A DNA stretch of 63,650 nt, filler included, from Octopus bimaculoides (lineage: Eukaryota), in the NCBI RefSeq assembly GCF_001194135.2. It is 6 parts of 4 records of this genome, joined end to end, with 100 filler letters (N's around TTAATTAATTAA, not from the genome) between each part and the next. Parts side by side here need not be neighbours in the genome. Positions count along the whole stretch, not along the records: positions 40,080 to 52,882 come from NC_068988.1; positions 52,983 to 56,221 come from NC_068993.1; positions 56,322 to 62,042 come from NC_069001.1; positions 62,143 to 63,650 come from NC_068988.1; 2 more parts are not named here. One strand, given 5' to 3'. Every line of letters starts with the position of its first letter. Position 1 is the first letter of the stretch. The notes beneath the pieces were generated by a model. The model did not search any database, was not told the origin of the DNA, and saw nothing but the letters and a program-made list of their open reading frames with translations. Positions 52,171-63,650 of this stretch are shown piece by piece. A program made the position numbers and the translations under genes.

Positions 52171-52302
52171 ATATATACACATTTCATTTAGTAATGGAGT
52201 CTTGTCAGTAAAAATAACACACCGTGATTGTGCCTTATTTAGACATTTGTTATCTTTGGCTGTTCTCGTACTCTCTCTCTCTCTCTCTNNNNNNNNNNTC
52301 TC

Positions 52303-52356
<54 letters not shown>

Positions 52357-52465
52357 TCTGTTATGTAGCTTTGTTTTGTTTCTCTCTCTCTCGCATTGAC
52401 ACGTCTCTCTGCTACCTATTTTCTTTTTGGAATTTATCTTTCGATCAACCCTTATCTATCCATCC

Positions 52466-52499
<34 letters not shown>

Positions 52500-52571
52500 T
52501 TGTGTATTTGTTTATCTGTCTATCTCCTCTCTCTCTTCCCCCCTCTCCCTCACTCTCTTATTATATATGAA

Positions 52572-52821
52572 GTATTTTTATATAAACCTAAAGCTTATGG
52601 CGATCACAACGGGGCATATTAGCCCTCGACAAAAAAAAAAAAGAAAAGGCTTTCCTATCCGCAGACTTAGTTGCGTTAAAGAAGGGATGTGGGTTCGTGT
52701 CCCACGCGGATAGGAAAGCCTTCTTTTTTTCTGTCGAGGGCTTATATGCCCCTTTATTAGACTATTTTCCTTAGTCATTGCACGGTGATCGCCATAAGCT
52801 TTAGGCTTATATAAAAAAAAT
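52572..52821. mobile_element. Foldback MITE
   Basis: Outer TIR TATATAAACCTAAAGCTTATGGCGATCAC (52579-52607) vs 52785-52813, one mismatch. Inner arms 52611-52662 / 52706-52752. Central GTGGG-N7-CCCAC hairpin. Confidence 0.88.
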
Positions 52822-52982
52822 ACCGTTATTATTATTTACCAGATTTTAAAATACAGCGCCATCTATATATATATATATATATNNNNNNNNNNNNNNNNNN
52901 NNNNNNNNNNNNNNNNNNNNNNNNNNTTAATTAATTAANNNNNNNNNNNNNNNNNNNNNNNNNNNNNNNNNNNNNNNNNNNN

Positions 52983-53950
52983 ATTATAGAAATTAGCTTC
53001 ATTATTAAATACCCTATTGTTAGCAGATAATTTGGAGAGTCTTAAAGATATATTTTTACTAGATTCTCTATTATAGCCCTAGGATGGTTACTTGATTTAC
53101 TTATATACTGTAGGTTTGTTAGGGGTTTGTGGTATGGTCTATATGTTTTATTCTTAATATCTAATGTTACGTCTAGGAAATTTGCTACTGAGACATCATC
53201 TTCGTAAACTATACCCATCCCCATTCTGCTGAAAAATCTGGCCAGCCTACCCTTAATTCTCTGTAGTTCCTGGTTTGAGCAATTCCTAATATATAACAGG
53301 CAGTCGTCTCTATACAAACTCCCCCTAACCCTAGGGAATTGGTCATTTAATTCATAAAGGATAAATGATCCCACCATATCAGCTATTTGGGCTGAGTCGG
53401 AACTCTCCATGGCAACATCAAATGCGCCAGGGGTATCCAGTCACTGTATAAGTTTGGCACAGAAATGTTAACATAGAGTGGTGAATAAATCGATATATCG
53501 AATTTGAAGTCTCTGTCTCTTTTGAATATGAAAATTTAAAAGTTAAAAACCTTATAATATATNNNNNNNNNNNNNNNNNNNNNNNNNNNNTATATATACG
53601 GATTATCCCGCTTTGCTATTCGTAATTTTTTACTGTGTTATCACTGAGATTATCTCTTTACATTTAATTTACCTTAAGTTACACTCTTTATTCTTTGCTC
53701 TGTGCTTCTGTCTATCTAGTTTTTCTCCCTATTATTCTATTTGATATCAGCCTTTATATCCTCCCCTCTTTTCCTTCAAATTCTAAAAAAGATGAACTAT
53801 ATTCAGGCTAACCAATTGTATCCTACATATTTCTTTCTCTCTTTCACGCTCTTTTGGTCTATTATTTCTCTATCCTCTTTGTCAGTCATTACAGTGGCAT
53901 TTCTATCTGCTTTTTTTACTTGTTTTTTTTATTAGTTTTCATTATGATTT
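52983..53950 (-). mobile_element. Penelope-like element reverse transcriptase (YRDD type), decayed
   Basis: KKADRNATVMTDKED (about 53920-53875); AFDVAMESSDSAQIADMVG; LYRDD; NFLDVTLD; YISKSSNHPRAII; shifted ISLRLSKLSANNRVFNNEANFY. Truncated by a gap. Confidence 0.92.
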
Positions 53951-55064
53951 TTTTCTGAGGTACAATTCATTCGCTCGTATATTTTTTTTTTATAATTAAC
54001 TTCTTTTATTTCTAGTTTTCCGTGTTATAATTTAAGACTACACGGCCAGGGGACCGTGAAGCTTGGTATAACACAAATGGAGAACAGGACCTTTTATACT
54101 GAAAAGAAAGAAAAAGAGAAAGCAAAGAAAATAAATAAATAAAATAAAAACAAAGAAAGAGAAGAGATAAATTCACTCCTATTTTGGTTTTAATTTTTAT
54201 TCTTACTTCAATTATACCCCATTTTAATCTCATAGAAGTACTTTATTTCCGACAAAGTCTATCTTATTCAGTATATTTTGATGCCTATCCTACAATATAT
54301 TTTAAATCTATATTCGAGTCAATATTTAAATCATTTTGTTACTGTAAATCGAATTTTTATCTAAATTACATACCGTTATTTTGAAAAGTGGTAGCCCAAT
54401 TAGCTTCAAATGTTTATTAGATGATTTGGTAATCGTGAACACTTATTTGTACTTAAAAATTATTTCATTATTCTGTATACTTACGACTGCCTGGTTACGT
54501 AAAACTACTATTTTGTAAAGATTCTTTTCCACTTCTATGAAATAGTATATGTATATAGGAGTAAATATTATTAGAACAAAAGTATTTCAGTGGAAGCGAT
54601 TGGTAAGAAAGCTCAATAATGTAAAAGGAACCAAGTTTAACGCAATAATATACGTACAGTTAATTGAAATAACATTTTAAAAACTAATACGTAAATTGTT
54701 TCGTAACTTTTCTTGCCGTGATTGGCTTCCTGATCACGAGGTGGCTATAGACAAGTGATGCTTTCATAAGCGAAACTGTGAAGAGAACTAATTAAGCATA
54801 ACAGCCAAAGAGCTCGAAACGCTGCGTCTAGGAATCCGATAGGGAGAACCGGTCAGATATAATGTTTTACACCTTTTACCATAGACAGTAAAATCCTCTC
54901 ACGACTCTCTTTGTAATTCCGCAAATGAAGGAATTCCATGTCCAAATATTTCGTAACTTCTAGAAACCTGATCATACTCCGAGAAGAGCCAGACAATATT
55001 TATTTAATACGTGGCTTCATTATTTTTAAATGTCTCGTCGTTTTAGATGTTCTTATATAACACT

Positions 55065-55113
<49 letters not shown>

Positions 55114-55485
55114 CACACGCACATGGGTTTGTGTGTGTATAGTGATGTACTGAATGGAAATCATGTAAAATAATGNNNNNNNNNNNNNNNNNNNNNNNNN
55201 NNNNNNNNNNNNNNNNNNNNNNNNNNNNNNNNNNNNNNNNNNNNNNNNNNNNNNNNNNNNNNNNNNNNNNNNNNNNNNNNNNNNNNNNNNNNNNNNNNNN
55301 NNNNNNNNNNNNNNNNNNNNNNNNNNNNNNNNNNNNNNNNNNNNNNNNNNNNNNNNNNNNNNNNNNNNNNNNNNNNNNNNNNNNNNNNNNNNNNNNNNNN
55401 NNNNNNNNNNNNNNNNNNNNNNNNNNNNNNNNNNNNNNNNNNNNNNNNNNNNNNNNNNNNNNNNNNNNNNNNNNNNNNNNNNNNN

Positions 55486-55526
<41 letters not shown>

Positions 55527-56321
55527 GTGTGTGTGAGTGTATACGTGTACATGTATACATATGATGTGAGTGTGTGTGTATGTTTGTATGTATGCATGTA
55601 AGCGCGTGTGTATGTATGTGAGTGTATGCATGTTTACCTAAACACAGCCATATTTGAATAAATGGAGGACAGCTTTTTGTTTCAAGATTTCGAACATGTA
55701 TTCAAGTTCATTTTACCGATACTTTCATTGACTTTTCACATATATTCTAATCTTTGTTGCTATTAGCTATTGCAAAGCCTGTCATGGTTGTTGCAATGGC
55801 TCTAATGGAAAAGTTTTAATGCATTCTGTGCATTGAGTTTCTGTTTTATTTATTTGGACCGAAGCTATCAGGCGTATGTAAAATGTACACAAAAAAGTTA
55901 AACTATGTGTGGTATGTTACATTTGAATGACAAAGTGTGGGAATGGATCAAAGCAGCAGGAAAGGGAATAAGAAGAAATGCTTCCAAGAAAACTGAAAGA
56001 GACTATACACATTGCAGAATAACAGAAAGATGTGGAAATTGTTAATGGAGACATCAGATTGAACGAGTAATAATAACTCGTACCTTGGAAGAAATCAGGT
56101 AGTAAAAAGGCGTAAAGCAACTCAATTGATCGAACGTAATAAAAAGATAAAGATAAATTTCTTCACATCAAAGTGCGTAACAGCTTTGAACATAGGGGGA
56201 ATTGTGTATATATATATATATNNNNNNNNNNNNNNNNNNNNNNNNNNNNNNNNNNNNNNNNNNNNTTAATTAATTAANNNNNNNNNNNNNNNNNNNNNNN
56301 NNNNNNNNNNNNNNNNNNNNN

Positions 56322-56353
<32 letters not shown>

Positions 56354-57892
56354 TTAGAGAGAGAGAGACATAGAGAGGGAGACAGTAACAGAGAGAGAGA
56401 CAGTAACAGAGAGAGAGGATAGACAGGCATAAAACAGATAGACTGACAGAGCGATACACATGCAATGTGTGCGCACCTGTGTGTGTGTGTGTGTGTGTAC
56501 GAATGCTTATATGCGCAAGTGCACGTGTAGTTTATATCATTAAATATAAAAAACAAAACAATCAACTTAATTTGGTCATCACGGATGAATAAATAATGAC
56601 CTAATGAATTTCTTTTTCCCGCCTCAGGTAAAGCAGATAATTAATCCATCCATACACACACGTACACACACACGAACTTCTATGTATCTATGTATGAGCG
56701 AAATTATTCATGTATATATGGATATATACATACATACATATATATATATATATACAGATATATATATATATATATATATANNNNNNNNNNNNNNNNNNNN
56801 NNNNNNNNNNNNNNNNNNNNNNNNNNNNNNNNNNNNNNNNNNNNNNNNNNNNNNNNNNNNNNNNNNNNNNNNNNNNNNNNNNNNNNNNNNNNNNNNNNNN
56901 NNNNNNNNNNNNNNNNNNNNNNNNNNNNNNNNNNNNNNNNNNNNNNNNNNNNNNNNNNNNNNNNNNNNNNNNNNNNNNNNNNNNNNNNNNNNNNNNNNAT
57001 GTATGTATATATGTGTGTGTATACAATTGATATTTGGAGCAGATGAGGTCATGAAGCAATCAGCGATGAATTTCTTTCATGTGTTTAGACGGCAGTGTAA
57101 TATATGAGTTGTTCATTACTTATCAAAGAACGAATAGTATTAAAAACTGGAACAATTTTGCGGAGATAACATCTAAAATACCAACATCAATGATTAACTG
57201 AGTTCAGCTGAAATAAATATATTCTGATTAAAGTTAGAGGTAATTTCGTATTCGGCGTAGCTGCTACGGCGAGATCGTGTTGTTGGCATGTCTAGATGTC
57301 GGTGAGAGAGAGAGAGAGGTAACGACTTGCTAGTTCGTACGGGTATTGTGTTGTAGCTGTCACTGCGTTAAAATCGTCGACCAAATATTTCTTGTTTGTT
57401 TAGCCACAGGTCAACTCTGATCAAGATCATAACAACGAAAAAGGTCTTATTATTAAAGAAATTTATATCTGTGACTATCACCAGTATTATTTCAGATATT
57501 GTATAGCTAAGACTCCACGTTCTGTGTACATATATATATATTTTTTAAGATGGTGGTAGGTGGATTTGAGGGATATTTGGTTGTTGCATCTGGCACGTGA
57601 TATGACCTCATAACGATTTCCGCGTTGAATCGTAGGCCTGATTGTTGCTCCTTTTTGTCGTTCGACTTAACAGAAATGCAGCAAAACTCCTCTCAGTTTT
57701 TTTTCTGTTAACTACCGGCAAATGAAACTCATTTCGGAGACTAGGTTTTGGATTCTCGTAAAGAAAAACTAAAAGACAGGATACAATTGCCCAGCTAGTG
57801 CTTATCCAGGAATAAACAACATCAAGTACCACTTTCAAACAGATCGTGGTCGTTTTTCCGCTCTAGATTACTTTTTAGATTGATTTTCTCAT

Positions 57893-58810
57893 AGATACAA
57901 GATGGCCGCTCGAGGCGTTGGTGATGTCTCTAATCCTCATCGGATGAATGTGGTGAAGATCACAAGTATAGTAACTAGTTTTAAAATCTTTATAAGAGAT
58001 GCAAATAGTAACTCTACTGAAAAGTAATGGTTGTTACCACCTCAACGTGGTTGTTCCAGACACAGTTATATTGTGTCGTTAACCAGTTGGAGGAGGTGTC
58101 CTCCTGGGGTTAAAAAGACTAGAAGCATTGTTCTGTATGGAATAAACATGTTGTTGTGGTAACAGCCAATACTTTTGTAGTAAAGATAATTACACACAAG
58201 CTGGAAATTTGATCTAAACATCTACAACAGGTGCACGTGTGACTGTGTGAGAAAACGTCTTCTTCCTACCCACGTGGCGCCGGGTTCAATCTCACTGTGT
58301 CACACCTTGGGCAAGTGTCTTCAACTATAGCTTGGAGTGGATTCGTTCGAGTAAACTTCTTCAAAGTGGTGTTCCAGCACGGCTGTAGTCTAATGACAAA
58401 CAAGTAAAAGGAAAAAAAAAATGGAACAGAATAGAGTCTATTAAATGCAACCAAGATTGCGTTACTTTTAGGTACAAGATGGCCGCTCGGATCCGTTGGT
58501 GATGCCTTTAATCCTCATCGGATGTATGTGGTAAAGATAGTTTCATTCGAACTAGAAATTTCGTCTAAATATCTACAAGATGCGCAGGTGTGGGTGTGTG
58601 GTAAAATGTTTGCTTTCTAACCACATGGTTCCGGATTCAGACCCAATGCGGAGCACCTTGGATGAGTGCCTTCTATTATAACTTGAAATGGATTCATTCG
58701 ACAAAGGTTCTTCAAAGCGGTGCCCCAGCATGGCTGTAGTCTAATGACAACCAAGTGAAAGAGAAAAGAGAATATAAAAGAACGGAGCAGAGTCTGTTAG
58801 AGGCACCCAA
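57893..58810 (+). repeat. Diverged tandem duplication (about 57893-58460 / 58471-58810) including an internally deleted SINE D
   Basis: TACAAGATGGCCGCTCG...TAATCCTCATCGGATG in both units, followed by the same SINE flank and the same head-to-tail deletion. Confidence 0.8.
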
Positions 58811-60089
58811 ATGCCAGCTGGTGGCCTTCACTATGGTGATGAATGAAGTATACAACCAAAAATCTGTGCTGTTCATTCGATAGGAAAACGATTTAGATTC
58901 AGTTTACGTAAATTCAGTCATAAAATTTTGAATTGATTGATATGCAGCTCTGTTTTCAGGCACTTTGAAAAAGTGACGCGCCTTATGATCGAACTCGGAT
59001 TCATGTGTCTGCGAAGTAAACAACTTAATCACACGTCCATAGTTGTCTACAAGTTAATTTTGTAAGAATTACGAATACTAAGGCAATGGTCTCTACCATG
59101 GTCACAAGTGGAATATTAATTCATCGTTTGATGCATTTGATTAGAAACATTTCAAGAGATCTTCAAGAGAACCTTTCACACTTAAACGAATAAATAATTT
59201 GTAAGTTCGGCACATCGGCACACACTGCGAGACTTTTTAAAAGATATGCGCAGTTGATTGAATTGTAGCCACTCCATCTTTGGCACATATTTCATCGGCT
59301 TCAGAATAATGAAAGTTGTTAAAGTGTAGGGGAAAATACCTTGCGCCATTTGTAACGATTCACTGCGTTCTCAATTATCAAATCACGACGAGATTAACTC
59401 TGACCATCATTCCAGTCCAGAATGGTAGAATGGTAGAATGGTAGAATGGTAGAATGTTAAAGCGCTGTAGGTTCTTCGTCTTTGCGTCCTGTTTTTGTGA
59501 GTGTCTGATTTTAGCTCTTATACAGTTTAACACCAGCACTAAGTCCTTCGACGCCAGCGTTTAGAGAAGTTGATACTGTGATAACGACCCCAATTTTAAA
59601 TAGCTACTTATTTTGTCGATCACTACTGTATGAAAGGCACAGTCGATTGCGGCGGAATTTAAACTCAGAACGTAAAGTCGGACGAAATGTTGCTAAGTCT
59701 TTTGTCAGGCATGCTAACGATTCTACCAGTTCACCGCTTTTACTCCCTTAAATATTAAGGATTTTTGTTGGATCGAACGCCAGAAATTTTGAGATGACAA
59801 TGTTTGTCAATCACATTGATTCCAATTTATTTTTGTCGAACGGATGAGTTTCAAGTAATAAATATTACGAGCAAAGTCGTAGGCAAGGCTATGTGGTTAG
59901 GGAACTCATTTTGCAACCACGTAACGGGGGTCGATTTGTTCGATTAAACCCTTAAATGCTGGGCCCAAACTAGGTCGCAGTCCAATGACTAAAGCAAGTT
60001 CATAATTCAAGAGAGACGCATGCGTGCACACAATCTGGTTCGTTTAGAGTCGACCATATTCCCGCCAAAACTTTATCGGGATAATACTG

Positions 60090-60690
60090 GAGGGATTTGA
60101 ACCCAGAACAAAAAAGATCGTGTCTGAACACACCATGCCAATTTATCCTGTTCTTTACACGCGAGTGATACGCTTTGACGCTCATCCTCAGCAATAATAA
60201 CATGACGAAAATAATATTTTAAATTTTGAGCACAAGGCCAGCAATCCCAGGAGAAGTGGTAAGTCAATGACATTGATCCCAGTGTTCAACTGGTACTTAT
60301 TTTGTCGAAGCCCGAAAGGATAAACGGTAAAGTCGATCGTGGCAGAATTTGAACTCAGAACGTAAAGGGACTTTATCTAAACACACCGTACCATTTTATT
60401 CGCCTTTCGACACGCTGATCATTCTACATTTATACTCCAATCCTCAGCAATAATAATCCAACGAAAATAATATTTTGATATTTTGGCACAACCCCAGTTT
60501 GTAACTGGTACGTATTTTTTCAACCCCGAAAGGATGAAAACTAAAGTCGATCTCAGCGGAATTTGAACAGAGAACGTAAAGAGACGTTATCTAAACACAC
60601 CGTTCCATTTTGCCCGGTTCTCTACAAACTAGTCATTCTACCTTTATTCTCCAATCCTTAGCAATAATAATAATAACCTTCATGAAAATA
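60090..60690. repeat. Tandem array of about 220-260-bp units built around a SINE C fragment
   Basis: GAATTTGAAC..AGAAC.TAAAG.GAC.TTATCTAAACACACCGT.CCATTTT...ATCCT.AGCAATAATAA recurs about three times. Confidence 0.8.
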
Positions 60691-61453
60691 ATAACAATAA
60701 CAAAAAATATATAATGAAAAGGGGGAAATACAGAAGCGCCTTTCCAAAATTATCTACTGACACGCATTTTCTTTTCCTACTTCGTTAAGTTAACGCTCTA
60801 ATTTTCCCCCTTATTCAACATATTTCTTTATTTCGTGATATTGAAGGGATTTCGCTATCTTTTTTCTGTTTACTTTCGTTTCATATTCCTTCGTTTTTGC
60901 TTCGCTTTATATAAAAGAGTTAGAGTTTTTTCTTTCTTTAAGTTCAGATAGGAAAAATTCTTGAAAGACTATGCACCCCTACGTATGTTGTTATAGACAT
61001 AAATGCATTCAAACACACACTCACATACACATATACATATCCACACACACAAATAGGTGTGTGTGTGTGTGTGTGTGTGTGATTGTGTTTGTGCCTCTGT
61101 GTGTGCGTATTCCCTGTTGGGCATTACCATTTTCTTCTAACTTTATTCCTGTTTGTACACATACGTTCTTCTTTTAATATTGTATATAAATAGATAAATA
61201 TATAATAAATATGTAGAATATAAACACACATACACACACACATATAAGTACATTGTGTTCCTAACATACATACATACACATATATATGTTTGTGTATGTG
61301 TCTGTGTGTCTATTCATATGACAGTAGATAGATAAGCGAGAGGGAATCACATTTTTGTGATGGGTTATCAATAAAAAAAATATGGAATATAGATTCATCA
61401 CAGTTAAAAAGAAGGTTCTCTTTCTATGATACTTTATTAACATTATTATTATA

Positions 61454-61515
<62 letters not shown>

Positions 61516-62233
61516 CATTATTAATGTTGCTGTTGTCATTGTTGTTGTTTTCGATATCTTCACGAATAAAATAAAATCTTTCATTTTTTTTCATACTGTC
61601 TTTTTTTATTTTTTTCATTTTCATGTTCATTTTTTGCTTTTCTTATTTGTTATTTTATTAATTATTGTGTCGAATAGTTTTATAGGTCTCTTTTTAAATT
61701 TTTTTTTAATTTTCATTCTATTTTCATTTTATTGTATTTATTCATTTATTTATGTTTTTTTTGTATTCTCTCCCCATTGAATTGGATGAAGCAGAATAAA
61801 ACATTATAAAAGAGAAAATGAAATAATTCCATCATCATTCATTCTTAGTTTCTTGTATTTGTTGTATCAAAGTGGTAATAACGGTGCCAAACACCAAAAT
61901 GTCTTCTTCGCATACATATTAACGAAAGATGTTAATATAATACTTTGTCCAATTTCAGTTTTCATTTAATTTCAGAAAGTTCATGAATGAAAAAAACAAA
62001 AAAAAAACAATCTCAACAAAAAAAGCAAAAAAAAAAAAAAAANNNNNNNNNNNNNNNNNNNNNNNNNNNNNNNNNNNNNNNNNNNNTTAATTAATTAANN
62101 NNNNNNNNNNNNNNNNNNNNNNNNNNNNNNNNNNNNNNNNNNGATCTGCTATTATGTTGTTAAAGTTTTCTGCCAGCTTTTTATGCATTGCTGGCAGGTG
62201 TTTTAACCAGAAATTGGGGATCTTGTTTTAACC

Positions 62234-62298
<65 letters not shown>

Positions 62299-62299
<1 letters not shown>

Positions 62300-62448
62300 G
62301 GCGCCCAGCTGAGAGAATCGTTAGCACGCTGGAGGAAATGCTGAGTGGTATTTCGTCTGCCGCTACGTTCTGAGTTCAAATTCCGCCGAGGTTGATTTTG
62401 CCTTTCATCCTTTCGGTTTCGATAAATTATGTATCAGTGAAACATTGG
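62299..62448 (+). mobile_element. SINE family C following (TTA)n
   Basis: GAGAATCGTTAGCACGCTGG...TTCTGAGTTCAAATTCCGCCGAGG. Confidence 0.88.
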
Positions 62449-62479
62449 GATCTTCTAAGCGGGATGGGTTACTCAGCCT

Positions 62480-62643
62480 GCAGAGAATTCTCACTGGGCC
62501 CCACCTGCAAGGTTATGTGCTGTTAATCTTGATCTGAAATCATCATGTTGCGCACATATAGTTATAATGCTTGTGCCTGGGGCAACCTTATCAGACGGAT
62601 TATCAATTTGGTTATAATGGTTATAACTGTTCTCTCACTTAGC

Positions 62644-62685
<42 letters not shown>

Positions 62686-62686
62686 T
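62480..62686 (+). mobile_element. Probable retroposon 3' end with (AAT)n tail
   Basis: GC-richer segment ending CTCTCACTTAGC+(AAT)n. I recall it as an octopus repeat; unverified. Confidence 0.45.
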
Positions 62687-62847
62687 TCTATTAAAGGCAC
62701 AAGGCCTGAAATTTTAGGGAGGTGAAAGTCGATTGTATCGACCCCAAGACCTAACTGGTGGTTATTTGAACGATTGCGAAAGGTTCGCCGGCTCATATAA
62801 TAATAATAATAATGACGATGATGATAATAATAATAATAATAATGATG

Positions 62848-62880
<33 letters not shown>

Positions 62881-63650
62881 TGTCGTATGTATTTACTTTT
62901 AAGAAAACTACAAACATTCGCATTTAAAAACATCATATTTCAGCCGTTACATTTTCTTTTTCTTTCACTTGTTTTATAGATTTTTGGCAGCCTGTTCACT
63001 TACGTGATTGTTGTTCTACAGACCAAAAGACCTGCGGATTCTTCAAGCTCTTGATAATTGGTTGAGAATTGAATATGCAGAATAATATTGTTCTAGGGAA
63101 GGGGTAAATCGATTATGTCTATTCCAGTGCTCAACTGGTACTTATTTTATCGACCTTGAAATTTGAAAGTTAAAGTCGTTTTTTGAAAGTAAGAACGGAC
63201 GAGATGGCTCTAAGGATTTTGCTCGACGTGCTAATGACTTTTCCAAGGTCACTGCTTTAGAAAGTGGAATGATATTAAAATATAATTTAATCGTAAATTG
63301 ATTTGTCATTCACTCGCCTTATCTTGTTCAATCTATTTTTTGTCACCTATTTACATTAAATTTATAGACCAATGTACAGCACAGCATTACACGTGTTTCA
63401 TTTGCTAATAGGAATTTAAAGATTTACATTTACATGAAGCCTTAATTTATAGATAGTTGGAATGGATAATGAAGAAGAAAACTAATAATACACAAGAGAG
63501 GGAGAGAGAGTTGGAAATTGGTGTCATAAATGTATGTATGTATGTATGTATGTATGTATGTATCTATTTATTTATCCATCTATCCATCTCCTTGTCTGTC
63601 TGTTTGTCTGTCTGTCTCATTCTCTATGTATATATATATATATATATATA

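Larger units (their letters stand above)
3420..63650. repeat. Dozens of simple and compound microsatellites (CA, TA, GA, TCTA, TCTG, TATG, TAA, CTA, CAA, AGAATGGT), many abutting N gaps
   Basis: Directly visible, e.g. 6623-6700 CA, 13630-13680 TCTA, 16040-16094 CAA, 22660-22725 CTA, 36818-36906 CA, 59419-59456 AGAATGGT, 61460-61515 TTA. Confidence 0.95.

Noticed and set aside
52261-52330. TCTCGTAC(TC)n repeated either side of a 10-N gap
   Set aside because: Most likely overlapping contig ends rather than a real duplication.
54770-54835. GAGCTCGAAACGCTGCGTCTAGG, the 3' half of an HHR near the 53-kb PLE
   Set aside because: There is no upstream CUGANGA with a matching stem I.
1-63650. CRISPR arrays, rRNA, intact tRNA, prokaryotic operons
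   Set aside because: None was seen. The regular repeats are microsatellites, minisatellites and SINEs of a eukaryotic genome.

Overview
This is an AT-rich eukaryotic window dense in microsatellites and gaps. It is most likely octopus DNA, inferred from the tRNA-derived SINE families and the compound CA/TA/TCTA repeats. It looks like intronic or intergenic sequence with no complete host gene. Nearly all long ORFs in the track are artefacts of microsatellites, N-gaps or antisense SINEs. Supportable content: remnants of Tc1 and maT/DD37D-like transposases; three distinct Penelope-like elements (PLEs); R4/Dong-type, L1/Tx1-type and RTE LINE fragments; many copies of at least four SINE families; a foldback MITE; a decayed tRNA-His(GTG) gene; and one well-bounded 55-nt candidate exon on the minus strand (32003-32057). 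The most notable result comes from three unrelated inverted-repeat pairs between 35 and 48 kb. Two are built from type I hammerhead ribozyme (HHR) motifs with palindromic stem III, and the third looks like an HHR relic. Each ribozyme therefore has its own antisense copy within about 1 kb. Five TTAATTAATTAA islands inside N-runs are assembly placeholders. All alignments and folds were done by eye; SINE family letters A-D are my own labels.
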